NCBI GenBank assembly: GCA_050250895.1
Contig: JBFWNU010000002.1
Location: forward strand, 503,659 to 567,658
Source of the DNA: Vulcanimicrobiota bacterium
GTDB lineage: Bacteria; Vulcanimicrobiota; Xenobia; Xenobiales; JADMJV01
Reading direction: 5' to 3'
DNA length: 64,000 nucleotides
A program made the position numbers and the translations under genes. Of the stretch, positions 37,849 to 47,468 are shown one piece after another. Numbering within the stretch: position 1 is the stretch's first letter; every line of letters starts with the position of its first letter. The notes beneath the pieces were generated by a model. That model saw only the letters and a program-made list of their open reading frames with translations, was not told where the DNA came from and searched no databases.

Positions 37849-39726
37849 CTAGACCTCGTCTTCTTGTTCGCCCTGGTGCATCCAGTTGGTCAGCAGCTTC
37901 GAGATCATCAGGCAGAAAAGGGCCGAGCCCATGCCACAGGCAGCGATGATGCCGAAGACGTGACCGTAGACTCCCAGCGTTTCGATGGGGGGAGGGATGG
38001 TGGCCGCCTCGGCGCCCTCGCTCACACCGGTGAAGGTGGCGATGATGCCGGCCAGCAGATTCGAGAAGGCGGTGGCCAGGAACCAGGCTCCCATCACGGT
38101 GCTGACGATGGCCTTGGGCGAGAGCTTGGTGACCATCGATAGCCCGACTGGCGACAGGCACAGCTCGCCCGTGGTGTGCAGCAGATAGGCCAGCAGCAAC
38201 CATGAGACGGCTACCATGCCCCGGGCGTCGGCGTGTTGGGCGCCGTACCACAGGGCCCCAAATCCCAGGCCGAGTTGTAGCAGACCCAGCGCGAATTTGA
38301 CCGGAGTGCTGGGCTCGACGCCCTTCTGGCCCAGAAAGGTCCAGAGGGCGCTAAAGACCAGTCCGAAGATCAGGATGAAGGTGGGGTTGGCGGCCTGGAA
38401 GAGCGAGGCCGGCAGCTCGGAGCCTCCCACGCCCATGCCGACATGTTCTTGGGTGATGGGCCACTCGACCGTCTTGTTCTCGCCCTTGCGCAGTTCATCC
38501 AGGTCGGTGAGCACGAACACCTTGTCGTTGAGCTTGTAGCCGAGCTGCTCTTGATTGGGTTCGATGGTAATGGTCTGGCCCACATCGGCCGCGGTGATCT
38601 GGCGCTCTTCGGTGACCCGGTCGATGTTGCGGTCGGTGAAGTTCGAGATGGAGCTTCCGGCCTGTTCGAAGAACGCCCAGAAGAGCATCGAGAAGAACAT
38701 CAGGATGAGCACCACGAAGAGCCGTTCGCGCTCGACCTTCTCGCAGCCAAAGGCCTGGAACAGCAACCATCCGAAGCAGACGATTCCAAACAGAGATAGA
38801 CCTGTTTTGACGATGGGCTGGTTTTGTAGCAGCATCGCGATGACGGGAATGGCGATGAGCACCCCGAGATAGATGACGTACTGAGCCGGAAAGCCGAAGA
38901 CGGGGCGATTGGGAGCCTCGGGGTCGGGGGGTTGGCCGGCCTCATCGGGCAGGCCGCCCCGGCCCAGGGCTATGAAGGCGATAACGCCGGCCGTGACGAG
39001 CGCCACCGCGATGAGGGCGTTGATGGCCAACTGGTAGGGGTTGTTCTGGAGGAAGAAGAGGCTGACTCCGGTGGCCAGAGCGCCGCCCAGGATCATCATC
39101 TGGCAGACCACGGTGGGAGCCACGAAGACGGCCAGGCCGATGAGCATGCCGATGGTGGCCAGGCCGAAGCCGTAGTGCCAGCCGTAGGTCTCGCCCACAT
39201 AGCCGCAGATGAGCGGCGACATGGCCGCACCCAGGTTGATGCCCATGTAGAAGATGGTAAATCCGCTGTCGCGACGGGTGCTTTCGGCGGAATAGAGCGA
39301 GCCCACCACCGTCGAGATGTTGGGCTTGAAGAATCCGTTGCCGACAATCAGTAGGGCCAGAGCCGTGTAGAAGGCGGTGGGCTGCTCCCAGGTCATCAAG
39401 AGGTGGCCGGCGGCCATCAGTAAGCCGCCCATGACGATGGCTCGGCGAGCGCCCAGGATGCGGTCGGCCAGCATGCCGCCGATGAACGGCGTGGCATAGA
39501 CCATGGCGGTGTAGGAGCCATAGACCCCATAAGCCTGGTTGTCGGACATGCCAAGGAAGCCCTTGATCATATAGAGCACGAGCAGGGCGCGCATGCCGTA
39601 GTAGGAGAAGCGCTCCCACATCTCGGCAAAAAACAGGGTGAAAAGGCCTACCGGATGGCCTAGAAGAGTTTGTTGTTGGGGTTCGGGACCCCGGGTGGGA
39701 CTACCGATTGCTCCCGAGTCTGACAT
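37849..39726 (-). CDS. POT/PTR family proton-dependent oligopeptide transporter
   Basis: EMWERFSYYGMR, GNGFFKPNIS, FYMGINLG, GELCLSPVGLS. Confidence 0.97.
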   Translation of the reverse strand: MSDSGAIGSPTRGPEPQQQTLLGHPVGLFTLFFAEMWERFSYYGMRALLVLYMIKGFLGMSDNQAYGVYGSYTAMVYATPFIGGMLADRILGARRAIVMGGLLMAAGHLLMTWEQPTAFYTALALLIVGNGFFKPNISTVVGSLYSAESTRRDSGFTIFYMGINLGAAMSPLICGYVGETYGWHYGFGLATIGMLIGLAVFVAPTVVCQMMILGGALATGVSLFFLQNNPYQLAINALIAVALVTAGVIAFIALGRGGLPDEAGQPPDPEAPNRPVFGFPAQYVIYLGVLIAIPVIAMLLQNQPIVKTGLSLFGIVCFGWLLFQAFGCEKVERERLFVVLILMFFSMLFWAFFEQAGSSISNFTDRNIDRVTEERQITAADVGQTITIEPNQEQLGYKLNDKVFVLTDLDELRKGENKTVEWPITQEHVGMGVGGSELPASLFQAANPTFILIFGLVFSALWTFLGQKGVEPSTPVKFALGLLQLGLGFGALWYGAQHADARGMVAVSWLLLAYLLHTTGELCLSPVGLSMVTKLSPKAIVSTVMGAWFLATAFSNLLAGIIATFTGVSEGAEAATIPPPIETLGVYGHVFGIIAACGMGSALFCLMISKLLTNWMHQGEQEDEV

Positions 39727-39812
39727 CTTTCCTCCTGGGCTTGATCAGCCGGATCAGCCCACGGGTCATCATAGGTAGTCCCTGAGTGAAGAAAATTAAC
39801 GAAGTTTGAACA

Positions 39813-41648
39813 TTAGGCCGCTTCACCGTGGTCAAACTGGCGGCCGAGGGCGGCCCCGGCTTTGGCCAGCACGTAGCTGCCCCCCAGCACGCCCACGGCT
39901 GTCCCCAGGGTGGCGCCGGTGACGCCTCCGGCGGCTCCCGCCAGGGCGGTGCCGATGGCCCGTCCGACAGCCGCGCCGCCCCAACCCCCCGCCACCGAGC
40001 CGACCACTCCGCCAGCGGCTGCGCCGCCGACGACTTTGGCCAGGAAGGCCTTGTCGCCTTTGGTCAGGGCCAGCGGATCGGCCTCGGCCGCGGCGCCTTT
40101 GTTTTTCCAGGCTGCATACAAACCATAGCCACCCAGTCCGACGCCAGCCCCGGCCAGACGACCCCAGAACATTCCCGCCGCCGCCCCCACGGGGCCACCC
40201 AGGGCGGTGCCGATACAGCTGCCGGCGAGGCTGCCCAGGGCCAGGCCGCCGATGGTCGAGAGCACGGCTCCCACCGGGCTGGCCGGAGCTGCCTTGAGGT
40301 CGAATCGGTAGCGGTCATCGTCGAGGTCGACTCCGGCTTTGGCCATCTCGGACTGGGCCGCGCGGCCCACCATTCCGAAGGGACCGGTGGCTAGAGCCAG
40401 GATGGTGTCGGCCTTCTGGTTGGCCTCTTCAATCGTCATGCTGCCGTTGGCTACCTGGCCGCCGAGCACGAACTGCGAGCCCGAGGCCAGCAGGGCCAGG
40501 GGAGCCCCACCGGGCACGAACAGCAGGGCTCCGCTGGCCAGGTTGAGCTTGCCTTCGAACTTCTTGACTTCGTCGTCCTGGCGCAATCCTTCGCTTAGCT
40601 GGGTCGCTCCCCGAAAGAGGGCGGCGGGTGCCAGCAGGGACCCGGCCAGCTCCAGCACGTTGCGGGCATAGGGCACGGCCCCGATGGCCTGGGCCACCGA
40701 CTTGCCAGCGCTGCGAACTGCGGGACGATCCATGGCCACATCTACCACGCCCTGTTGCTGCGAGGCGTCGATGGCCCGAAACTTGTCGGGCGCGACCTGG
40801 CGCAATCCCTCGGGATTGGTGTGGTACTCGAGATAGGACTCGGCATAGTCCTCCATGCGATTGGTGTGGGCATAGTCGCTCACGAAGGGTGTTTTGCCGA
40901 ACCCGCCCGACCACTGGCTGCGGCTGCCGATGGGGCCGAAGCCCTGGGTGAAGTCGAAGGTGTGACCGACCTCGTGGATGGTCACCTTCTCGCCCCAACC
41001 CGGGTACATCATCTCGTCACGGTCCAGGAAGATGCGACTTTGCGAGAACAGGGGAGTGGCCAGCCCGGACGCTCCCACCGCCTGCAGGCCCCGGCCTACG
41101 TCAATGGTGGCCGCGCTGGTGACGCCGCTTAAAGGCAACGAATCGAGCCCTCGATAGATGATCTCTTGCTCGGCGGCGGTGGCTCCCACGATGGTGGGAT
41201 AGAGGAACTTGGGCAGCGACTTCAAGGCCAGACCACCGGCCAGGGCCAGGTCGACCCCTCCCAGTTTGCCGGGCTTGCTGTTGGCCTCTTCGGCCGCTTT
41301 CTTGGCCGTCTTCTGGCTGAGCATGTAGGAGCCGATGGCTCCCAGGCCGCCGGCCAGAGCGGCGCCGCCGGTCAAGAGATAGAGGTTGCCGGCCTGGAGC
41401 GCGATGGGAGCCATGATGAGCGAGCCCACGGTCATCCCCACCAGTTCGCCCGCGTAGGCAGCCGAGAGATCGCGCAGGTAAGAGGTCGCCTGGACCTTGC
41501 CCTGGGCCACGAAGTGATTGATCCGCTGGCTGCGGTCGGGAGGACCGGTCTCGACCTGATCGGCCGGCTCGGCCGGAACGGACGCGGTAGCCGGAGCAGC
41601 CGGTCGAGAGCGCTGGATTTGGGTGGAAGGCAGGGCTTGGATTCTCAT
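39813..41648 (-). CDS. zinc metallopeptidase flanked by multiple glycine zippers
   Basis: IHEVGHTFD, VSDYAHTNRMEDYAESY; GxxxG arrays at both ends. Confidence 0.85.
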   Translation of the reverse strand: MRIQALPSTQIQRSRPAAPATASVPAEPADQVETGPPDRSQRINHFVAQGKVQATSYLRDLSAAYAGELVGMTVGSLIMAPIALQAGNLYLLTGGAALAGGLGAIGSYMLSQKTAKKAAEEANSKPGKLGGVDLALAGGLALKSLPKFLYPTIVGATAAEQEIIYRGLDSLPLSGVTSAATIDVGRGLQAVGASGLATPLFSQSRIFLDRDEMMYPGWGEKVTIHEVGHTFDFTQGFGPIGSRSQWSGGFGKTPFVSDYAHTNRMEDYAESYLEYHTNPEGLRQVAPDKFRAIDASQQQGVVDVAMDRPAVRSAGKSVAQAIGAVPYARNVLELAGSLLAPAALFRGATQLSEGLRQDDEVKKFEGKLNLASGALLFVPGGAPLALLASGSQFVLGGQVANGSMTIEEANQKADTILALATGPFGMVGRAAQSEMAKAGVDLDDDRYRFDLKAAPASPVGAVLSTIGGLALGSLAGSCIGTALGGPVGAAAGMFWGRLAGAGVGLGGYGLYAAWKNKGAAAEADPLALTKGDKAFLAKVVGGAAAGGVVGSVAGGWGGAAVGRAIGTALAGAAGGVTGATLGTAVGVLGGSYVLAKAGAALGRQFDHGEAA

Positions 41649-41738
41649 GACGTTCTCAAGCTAACAAGGCTGCCCGTTCGAGAACCCAACCTTTTGTTAA
41701 CTTCCAGGTTGATCCCGCAGGACGCCGAAGCCCGTTCC

Positions 41739-43871
41739 ATGCTCGAGTGGATCCCTGACCGACCGGCTTTGTGCAGCGATGCCAGTTGCACTCTTGACGT
41801 CTTAATCCGCATCACGCCGCCCCGACCCCAGCACCAGCAAGCGCGGCCCGACCTCAACCTCAATCTGGTCATCGACCGCTCGGGCTCGATGGAAGGGGCC
41901 AAGATCGACCTGACTCGCAAGGCCGCCTCGCTGGCGGTGCGTTACCTTCAGCCGAGCGACTATCTATCCATCGTGATCTTCGACGATCGCGTCGACGTGC
42001 TCATTCCCAGTCAGGCCGTCCGTCGCCCCGAGCAACTGTTGCCGCTCATCGAGGGCATCCAGGTGCGAGGCTCGACGGCCCTCTTTACTGGCTGGGCTCA
42101 GGCCGCCACCGAGGGAGGGCGCAACCTGTCCGCCACCCGCCTCAATCGCGTGGTGCTGCTCACCGATGGCCAGGCCAACGTCGGCCAGACCAACCCCGAC
42201 GTTATTTGCAACGCCGTCCACCAGGCCGCCGTCAACGGCCTGCAAACTACCACCCTGGGTTTCGGAGCCGACTACAACGAGGCGCTGCTTCGTTCCATGG
42301 CGGCCAGTGGGGGAGGCAACCACTTCTTCGTCGAGACACCCGAGCAGTTGACCCAGGTTTTCGAGGTCGAACTGGATGCCCTGGCCTCGACGGTCGGAAG
42401 CCAAACCAGGCTGCGCCTCTTGCCGCTGGCCGAGGGGGTGACCATCGAGCCCCTGGGCGAACTCGAGAGTCGCGACGGAGCCTATCTCCTTTCTGATCTG
42501 ATCGCCGACTTTCGCATCGAGCAGCTTTTCCGGCTGCATCTGCCAGCCGGCGTGGCCGCCCCCGTGACGGCCCGCCTCAGCTGGCACTCGCCCCAGGACG
42601 GCCAGGAGCACGGCCTCGACATCCCGCTCGAGTTGCCCCTGATGACCAGCGCTCAGCGCCTTGCCCTCGAGGCCCATCCCGAGGTGGAACAGAGCCTGGC
42701 CGTGGCCATGGCCGCCCGGGCCCGCCGTGAAGCCATCGCGGCCATGCAGGCCGGACGCCGCGACGACGCCTCGCGCCTGCTCGACCGGGCTCTCCGGACC
42801 CACAAGCTGCCCGAGGGTGAAAAGAGCCGTCTCGAGCGCCTCAAGGGTACCCTCGACCGCGGCGATGTCAACGTGACCAGTAAGATGGCCATGTCTCAGA
42901 GTTATAGCTACAGTCGCGGCAGCGTCAACCTGGGCGGCATCGAAGGCCACATCATCGAAGGTCTGGTGACCAGCGGCACCCTGCCTATTCGCCTGGGCGC
43001 CTTCGTGACCCGGGGCCCGGCCGCCGCGCAGCGCGGCCAGGCCCGGAGCCAGGGCATGCTGCGGGGTCTTTTCGCGGGCGCCGCGGGCAGCGAGGCCGCC
43101 GCTCTCTCGTTAGCCACCCTGCGGGCCCTGGGCTACGATACCAACCCTCTGCAGTTCAACGTGAACCTGGTCGAAACGCTGGCCAAAGCTCCGGTAGCCC
43201 AGCCCTCGGCCTCATTTCTCGAGTTCCAGGAACGCTTCCGCCAGGGGGTCAAGTGGCCCCACACGGGGGTGGCCACTCCCGATGCCGGGGCCTTGCGGCG
43301 CATCGCCCCTCTGACCTTGGGGCGCCTTCGCCAGGGAGGCGTCAAAGCGGTCGCTTTCGTGCTGCTCGGCAGCGCCCTGACTCACAACAACACCGCTTCG
43401 CTGGTGAGCTGCCTGTGGTTCTCGTCGCTGCTGTGGGAGCTGATGGCCCAGCCTTCTCCGCCGGCACCCCACCGCTATCTCGATCACTTTCACCGCCTGG
43501 TGGGCGACCTCGAGACCGACACCACCTATCGCTCCCGCGCTCCCCGCTATGACGGCTGGGAGGGCAAGCTCTCGGAGTACACCGCCCTGGTCATCCCCGA
43601 AGCCCGTGCCCGCGGCCTGACGGTAGCCCAGGCGATGGCCGAGTGGGGCTCGGACGATTACCTCCTGGCCACCGTACCCAGTCTCCTCTATCTGCTCGAG
43701 AGCCACGCCCACCAACCCCAGCGCTGCCTACTCGAGGCCGCCGCTGCCCAGGACCCGGGCACCCTGGCGGCCCTGGCCGGCGCGGTCATGGGGGCTCTGC
43801 ACGGCACGCTACCCGACTGGAAGCTGGCGCCCGGCATCAACCAGGAGATCGAAAGGGTCTGCCGCTCCTAG
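41739..43871 (+). CDS. VWA domain fused to an ADP-ribosylglycohydrolase-like domain
   Basis: MIDAS DRSGSM, GSTAL, LLTDGQAN; C-terminal DAGALRRIAPL, TVPSLLYLL, TLAALAGAVMGALHG; start approximate. Confidence 0.85.
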   Translation: MLEWIPDRPALCSDASCTLDVLIRITPPRPQHQQARPDLNLNLVIDRSGSMEGAKIDLTRKAASLAVRYLQPSDYLSIVIFDDRVDVLIPSQAVRRPEQLLPLIEGIQVRGSTALFTGWAQAATEGGRNLSATRLNRVVLLTDGQANVGQTNPDVICNAVHQAAVNGLQTTTLGFGADYNEALLRSMAASGGGNHFFVETPEQLTQVFEVELDALASTVGSQTRLRLLPLAEGVTIEPLGELESRDGAYLLSDLIADFRIEQLFRLHLPAGVAAPVTARLSWHSPQDGQEHGLDIPLELPLMTSAQRLALEAHPEVEQSLAVAMAARARREAIAAMQAGRRDDASRLLDRALRTHKLPEGEKSRLERLKGTLDRGDVNVTSKMAMSQSYSYSRGSVNLGGIEGHIIEGLVTSGTLPIRLGAFVTRGPAAAQRGQARSQGMLRGLFAGAAGSEAAALSLATLRALGYDTNPLQFNVNLVETLAKAPVAQPSASFLEFQERFRQGVKWPHTGVATPDAGALRRIAPLTLGRLRQGGVKAVAFVLLGSALTHNNTASLVSCLWFSSLLWELMAQPSPPAPHRYLDHFHRLVGDLETDTTYRSRAPRYDGWEGKLSEYTALVIPEARARGLTVAQAMAEWGSDDYLLATVPSLLYLLESHAHQPQRCLLEAAAAQDPGTLAALAGAVMGALHGTLPDWKLAPGINQEIERVCRS

Positions 43872-43884
43872 CGTCGGCTCGCAA

Positions 43885-44733
43885 ATGTATCGTCTAGCCC
43901 TACCTGCACCACCTCTGTCAGCGTTCATCGAGAACTACTGGTCGGTCTCGCCCGAGCCCGGTCAAGAGGTCGACTTGGTGGTGGAGGTCTATGTGGACGG
44001 CCGCGCCGACCTGATCTTCAACTTCGGAGCACCCTACCGGCGCACCCGGCTGGGTGAGAGGCCAGTCAGCCACCACCATTCCAACCTCGATGCCCAACGG
44101 ACCTATCCCATCAAAATCGAACAGAAGGGGCAAGTCGTGGTGACCGGTGTGCGCTTTCACCCGGGAGGGCTGGCTCCGTTCGTGGGCGGCTCGGTGGCGC
44201 GGTGGACCGACAATACCCCCGCCTTGAGCGAGGTGTTCGGCCCCGAGGGCCGACAACTCGAGGCCAGCCTGCGGGATTGTGAGCAGCTCGAGCAGCGCAA
44301 GCAACTCCTCGACACGTTCTTTTTGGACCGCTTGGACTTGACTGTCGGCTATCAGACCTTCAGTCAGATGTTGGTCCGCCTGCACGAGAATCCGACCCTG
44401 CCCCTCAAAACGCTAGCCGAGAGCTTTGGCCTGGCGCCGCGCACGGTCACTCGCAGCTTTCAGCAGCACCTCGGGTTGCTTCCCAGCACCTATGCCCGGG
44501 TGGTGCGTTTTCAACAGGCCATCCGCCGGCTGATGCACGGTCCCCAGGGCACGCTGGGTCAACTGGCTGCCGACTGCGGCTACTTCGATCAGGCTCACTT
44601 CGTGAAGGAATTCAAGCTCTTTGCGGGTGGAATTCCTGGTCGCTTCCGCAGCTATTTTCCGGCCCAGGGCCCCGACGACTTCGCTCCCAATCTTGTCACT
44701 TATTTACAAGACGACCGGGGCGGGCCTGGCTAG
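43885..44733 (+). CDS. AraC family transcriptional regulator
   Basis: LAADCGYFDQAHFVKEFKLFAG; N-terminal PPLSAFIENYW. Confidence 0.93.
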   Translation: MYRLALPAPPLSAFIENYWSVSPEPGQEVDLVVEVYVDGRADLIFNFGAPYRRTRLGERPVSHHHSNLDAQRTYPIKIEQKGQVVVTGVRFHPGGLAPFVGGSVARWTDNTPALSEVFGPEGRQLEASLRDCEQLEQRKQLLDTFFLDRLDLTVGYQTFSQMLVRLHENPTLPLKTLAESFGLAPRTVTRSFQQHLGLLPSTYARVVRFQQAIRRLMHGPQGTLGQLAADCGYFDQAHFVKEFKLFAGGIPGRFRSYFPAQGPDDFAPNLVTYLQDDRGGPG

Positions 44734-44742
44734 ACTGCTTGC

Positions 44743-45138
44743 ATGAGTAACGAAGAAGGCACCCGCGACAACCCCTGGCAGCTCAAGACCCCTCCAGGCA
44801 GCTCGGAATACACCATGTATCGCGATGGAGACCGACTGGTCTGCCAGGTCGGCAAGACCACCCTCTTCTACGACGCCCGCTGCCTCGAGGACCTACCGGC
44901 TATGTTGCGCGAAGCCGGGGATTGGGTTCTGCTCGGGAGCGCCGACGAGAACAAGCCCGCCGCCGCTGGCACGGTCGAGGCCTGGGGCCGCTCACCCGAC
45001 AATCCCATCGGGGGCTGGTATGGCCTCAAGAAAGGCCTGCGTGGCCGGTTCGCCATGTACGTGCCGCCACTGCTCGAGCGGCTCGGCCTGGTTGAACTCG
45101 AGCACCAGGCCCGCAACAATCGGGTGCGCGCACTCTAG
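44743..45138 (+). CDS. conserved hypothetical protein (DUF6855-like)
   Basis: PWQLKTPPGSSEYTMY...LGSADE..VEAWGRS..NPIGGWYGLKKGLRGRF. Confidence 0.8.
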   Translation: MSNEEGTRDNPWQLKTPPGSSEYTMYRDGDRLVCQVGKTTLFYDARCLEDLPAMLREAGDWVLLGSADENKPAAAGTVEAWGRSPDNPIGGWYGLKKGLRGRFAMYVPPLLERLGLVELEHQARNNRVRAL

Positions 45139-45535
45139 AGGTCGATCACGATCGGCGGTCGCGTAGGGCGGTAGTCTTCGTCGCAAATGCAGGCGTTGAC
45201 AAATCGCGTCGGCCCTTCCTGCAGTTGCCCATAGCCCAGATGCACATGGCCGAAGACATGAAGTTGATGCCGTGCTTGACCCACATTTCGGCATAGCGAC
45301 GATGCTTGTAGAACGGCCAGTCGTGGTTGCCGGCGATAAAGAGCTTGTGCCGGTGAGGCTGGCGCCCGAGCCAGGCGTCGAAGGCCTTGACCTCGCCTTT
45401 GGTTCCATGGTTGCAGAGGTCTCCCGCGTGAAGCAAAATATCACCCTCGGGCACTTCCACCTGCTCGTGCAGACTATGGGTGTCAGACAGGCAGACGACT
45501 CTTGGCGAGATCGCGACTTCGTCCACGGTGGGCAT
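45135..45535 (-). pseudogene. metallophosphoesterase with internal deletion and frameshift
   Basis: SDTH, HAGD and GNHD in one frame; C-terminal HVFGHVHLGYG...FVNACICDEDYRP..PIVIDL* in another frame; middle region absent. Confidence 0.88.
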
Positions 45536-45565
45536 CTGGCCATCTTTCCCCGCGCCGCGTCGGCG

Positions 45566-45876
45566 GGTTGCCTGGCAGCCGAGCTGCGGCGAGCCGACTT
45601 CCGCGGACCACGCTGCCGAGTGGCCAAACCCGCCGCGCCCGCCAGCGGCGCCGTCTCTTCCAGCTGGAATATGGGACCGTGGGGCAGGGCGAAGTGGCCA
45701 TTGCGACCGTGGCCAGGCGGCGGTTGCCTGGCAGCCGGGCAGAGGGCCCCCAGGTTTGCCCGGCGCGAGCCGACAACACCGCTGCGGGCGAGCCTAATTC
45801 GGCGGACCACGCTGCCGAGTGGCCAAACCCGCCGCGCCCGCCAGCACCGCCGACTCTTCCAGCTGGAAGATGGGAC
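45566..45876 (+). repeat. two composite repeat units downstream of the HNH gene
   Basis: Exact 44-mer at 45603-45646 and 45802-45845; TTCCAGCTGGAA at 45658 and 45857; GGTTGCCTGGCAGCCG at 45566 and 45722. Confidence 0.9.
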
Positions 45877-45928
45877 TCCACGGGCCCACACGTTCCAGTC
45901 GAGTGAGGCGGCCAATGCCTGGGGTCTC

Positions 45929-47167
45929 TCACGGCGAGAGCGCTCCTGGCACCAGTGGCGGGCCGGCGGCCGGCCAGGGTCCCAGGGCTGACCCGACCGC
46001 CCGGCGTTGCAGAGCGGCATCCCGGGCAGCCCGCCATTCCGGTCGATTCGCGAAGTCTTGGTCGTGCTCAGCAGCGTGGCAACCCGGACACAACAGCTCC
46101 AGGTCCTCCAGTCGATGTCGCCTGGTGTCGGACCAGGCGCGAACGTGATGCACTACCAGGTTACCTCCCGTGCACGAACAACGCTCACAACGGCCCAGAG
46201 CCCGGGCATACACCGCTCGCACCAAGCCAACCGGAAGCCCCGGCCGGGTCTTGGACCGAACCGGTTGCAGCGGCAACTGCTCGGCTTGGCCACTTCCAGC
46301 TGAGAGTCTCGTGTCGGCGCAAGCCACCACGATGCCGGGTTCTTTCATCGCCTCGTCAACGGCCTCCGGCTCGGCCGGTAAGAGTCCGCGGTCGGTATCA
46401 TAAAAGCCCTGGCCGGTCTCGGCGTTCACGTGAACGATGACCTGATGTCGCACTTTGCTGCGATTGTCGGCTGAGGCCAGCACCAATCTAGCCATCTCGG
46501 CCACCGCCGTCTCCTTGCTCACCCGCTTGCCCCGGCGGGCCTCGACCAGACGCTTCGCCTGCTCGTAGCGAGCGTATTGCTCGGGCGTCATCAACAGAGT
46601 GACCTGCCTTAACTTCGGCACTTCGGGGACCGTGGCTGGCTGGATGGTGGGGGTCGAGGCCGGCTTCGCGGGCTCATCTACCGTTAGCTCGGGCTGACTC
46701 TGGCGAGCTTCGAGCGAGGCCTTTAGGGCCTGGCCACGCTTGTGCTGCGTGGGAGTCACAGCGACGGCGCGCTCGACCGCCTGAGCCTTGTTCTTGAGAG
46801 CGAACTCCAGCATTTCGGCCTCGTTCTCAGGCGTCGTGATCCGCTTCAGCGCGCGGACCTTGCTCCAGCAGAGTCTGCCCTCGCGAAAGGCTTCTGAAAG
46901 AAGAGGCAGTTGCTCGAGAGTCTTGGCCAGACTGAGAAGTTCGCCGGCCTTTTGGGGATGCAGATTTAAATGGGTAACGGCGTAACCCACGGCACTGCCG
47001 CTGCCCAGGTGGCGATAGAGGCCGCTGCGCTCGGTGGCCAGCAGATGGGCTGCCAGTTGCCACTCGCAACCAAAGGCCCGCTGGCTCGCCTGGTGATTTC
47101 TTTGATGGAGTTCCTGGTGGGAGAGTTGTTGCAGCGATTGAGAAAACACCGATAAAGTTAAAGACAT
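45929..47167 (-). CDS. DUF222-like / HNH endonuclease (412 aa)
   Basis: ATG 47167 after GGAGGT; LPLLSEAFREGRLCWSKVRAL; RCERC...VHHVRAWS...LELLCPGCHAAEH. Confidence 0.9.
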   Translation of the reverse strand: MSLTLSVFSQSLQQLSHQELHQRNHQASQRAFGCEWQLAAHLLATERSGLYRHLGSGSAVGYAVTHLNLHPQKAGELLSLAKTLEQLPLLSEAFREGRLCWSKVRALKRITTPENEAEMLEFALKNKAQAVERAVAVTPTQHKRGQALKASLEARQSQPELTVDEPAKPASTPTIQPATVPEVPKLRQVTLLMTPEQYARYEQAKRLVEARRGKRVSKETAVAEMARLVLASADNRSKVRHQVIVHVNAETGQGFYDTDRGLLPAEPEAVDEAMKEPGIVVACADTRLSAGSGQAEQLPLQPVRSKTRPGLPVGLVRAVYARALGRCERCSCTGGNLVVHHVRAWSDTRRHRLEDLELLCPGCHAAEHDQDFANRPEWRAARDAALQRRAVGSALGPWPAAGPPLVPGALSP

Positions 47168-47468
47168 AAGACCTCCGGTCGAAGAAGAATCAAGCAGTGA
47201 TCTCATTTTACTCAAGAAAATCACCTTGATCAACGCGTTCAAACGGCTTGGCTGCAGCGTTTTGTTGGCTCTGCGCAGGTTTGCGCGAGAAGGGCTTGCG
47301 GTGGCGAAACGACTTCGCCAGCCCTTGGTGTCGTGGGAGTGGCTGACAGCGCCGGGCAGGGGCTGCTGCGAGGAGTTTGAGGTCGGACCTGTGTTCACTA
47401 GAAAGCTCGTCTCTGCGAATGTTAAGGTTTGATAATATTGTGCGGCGGCATCGGACTCGCCAGGACCG

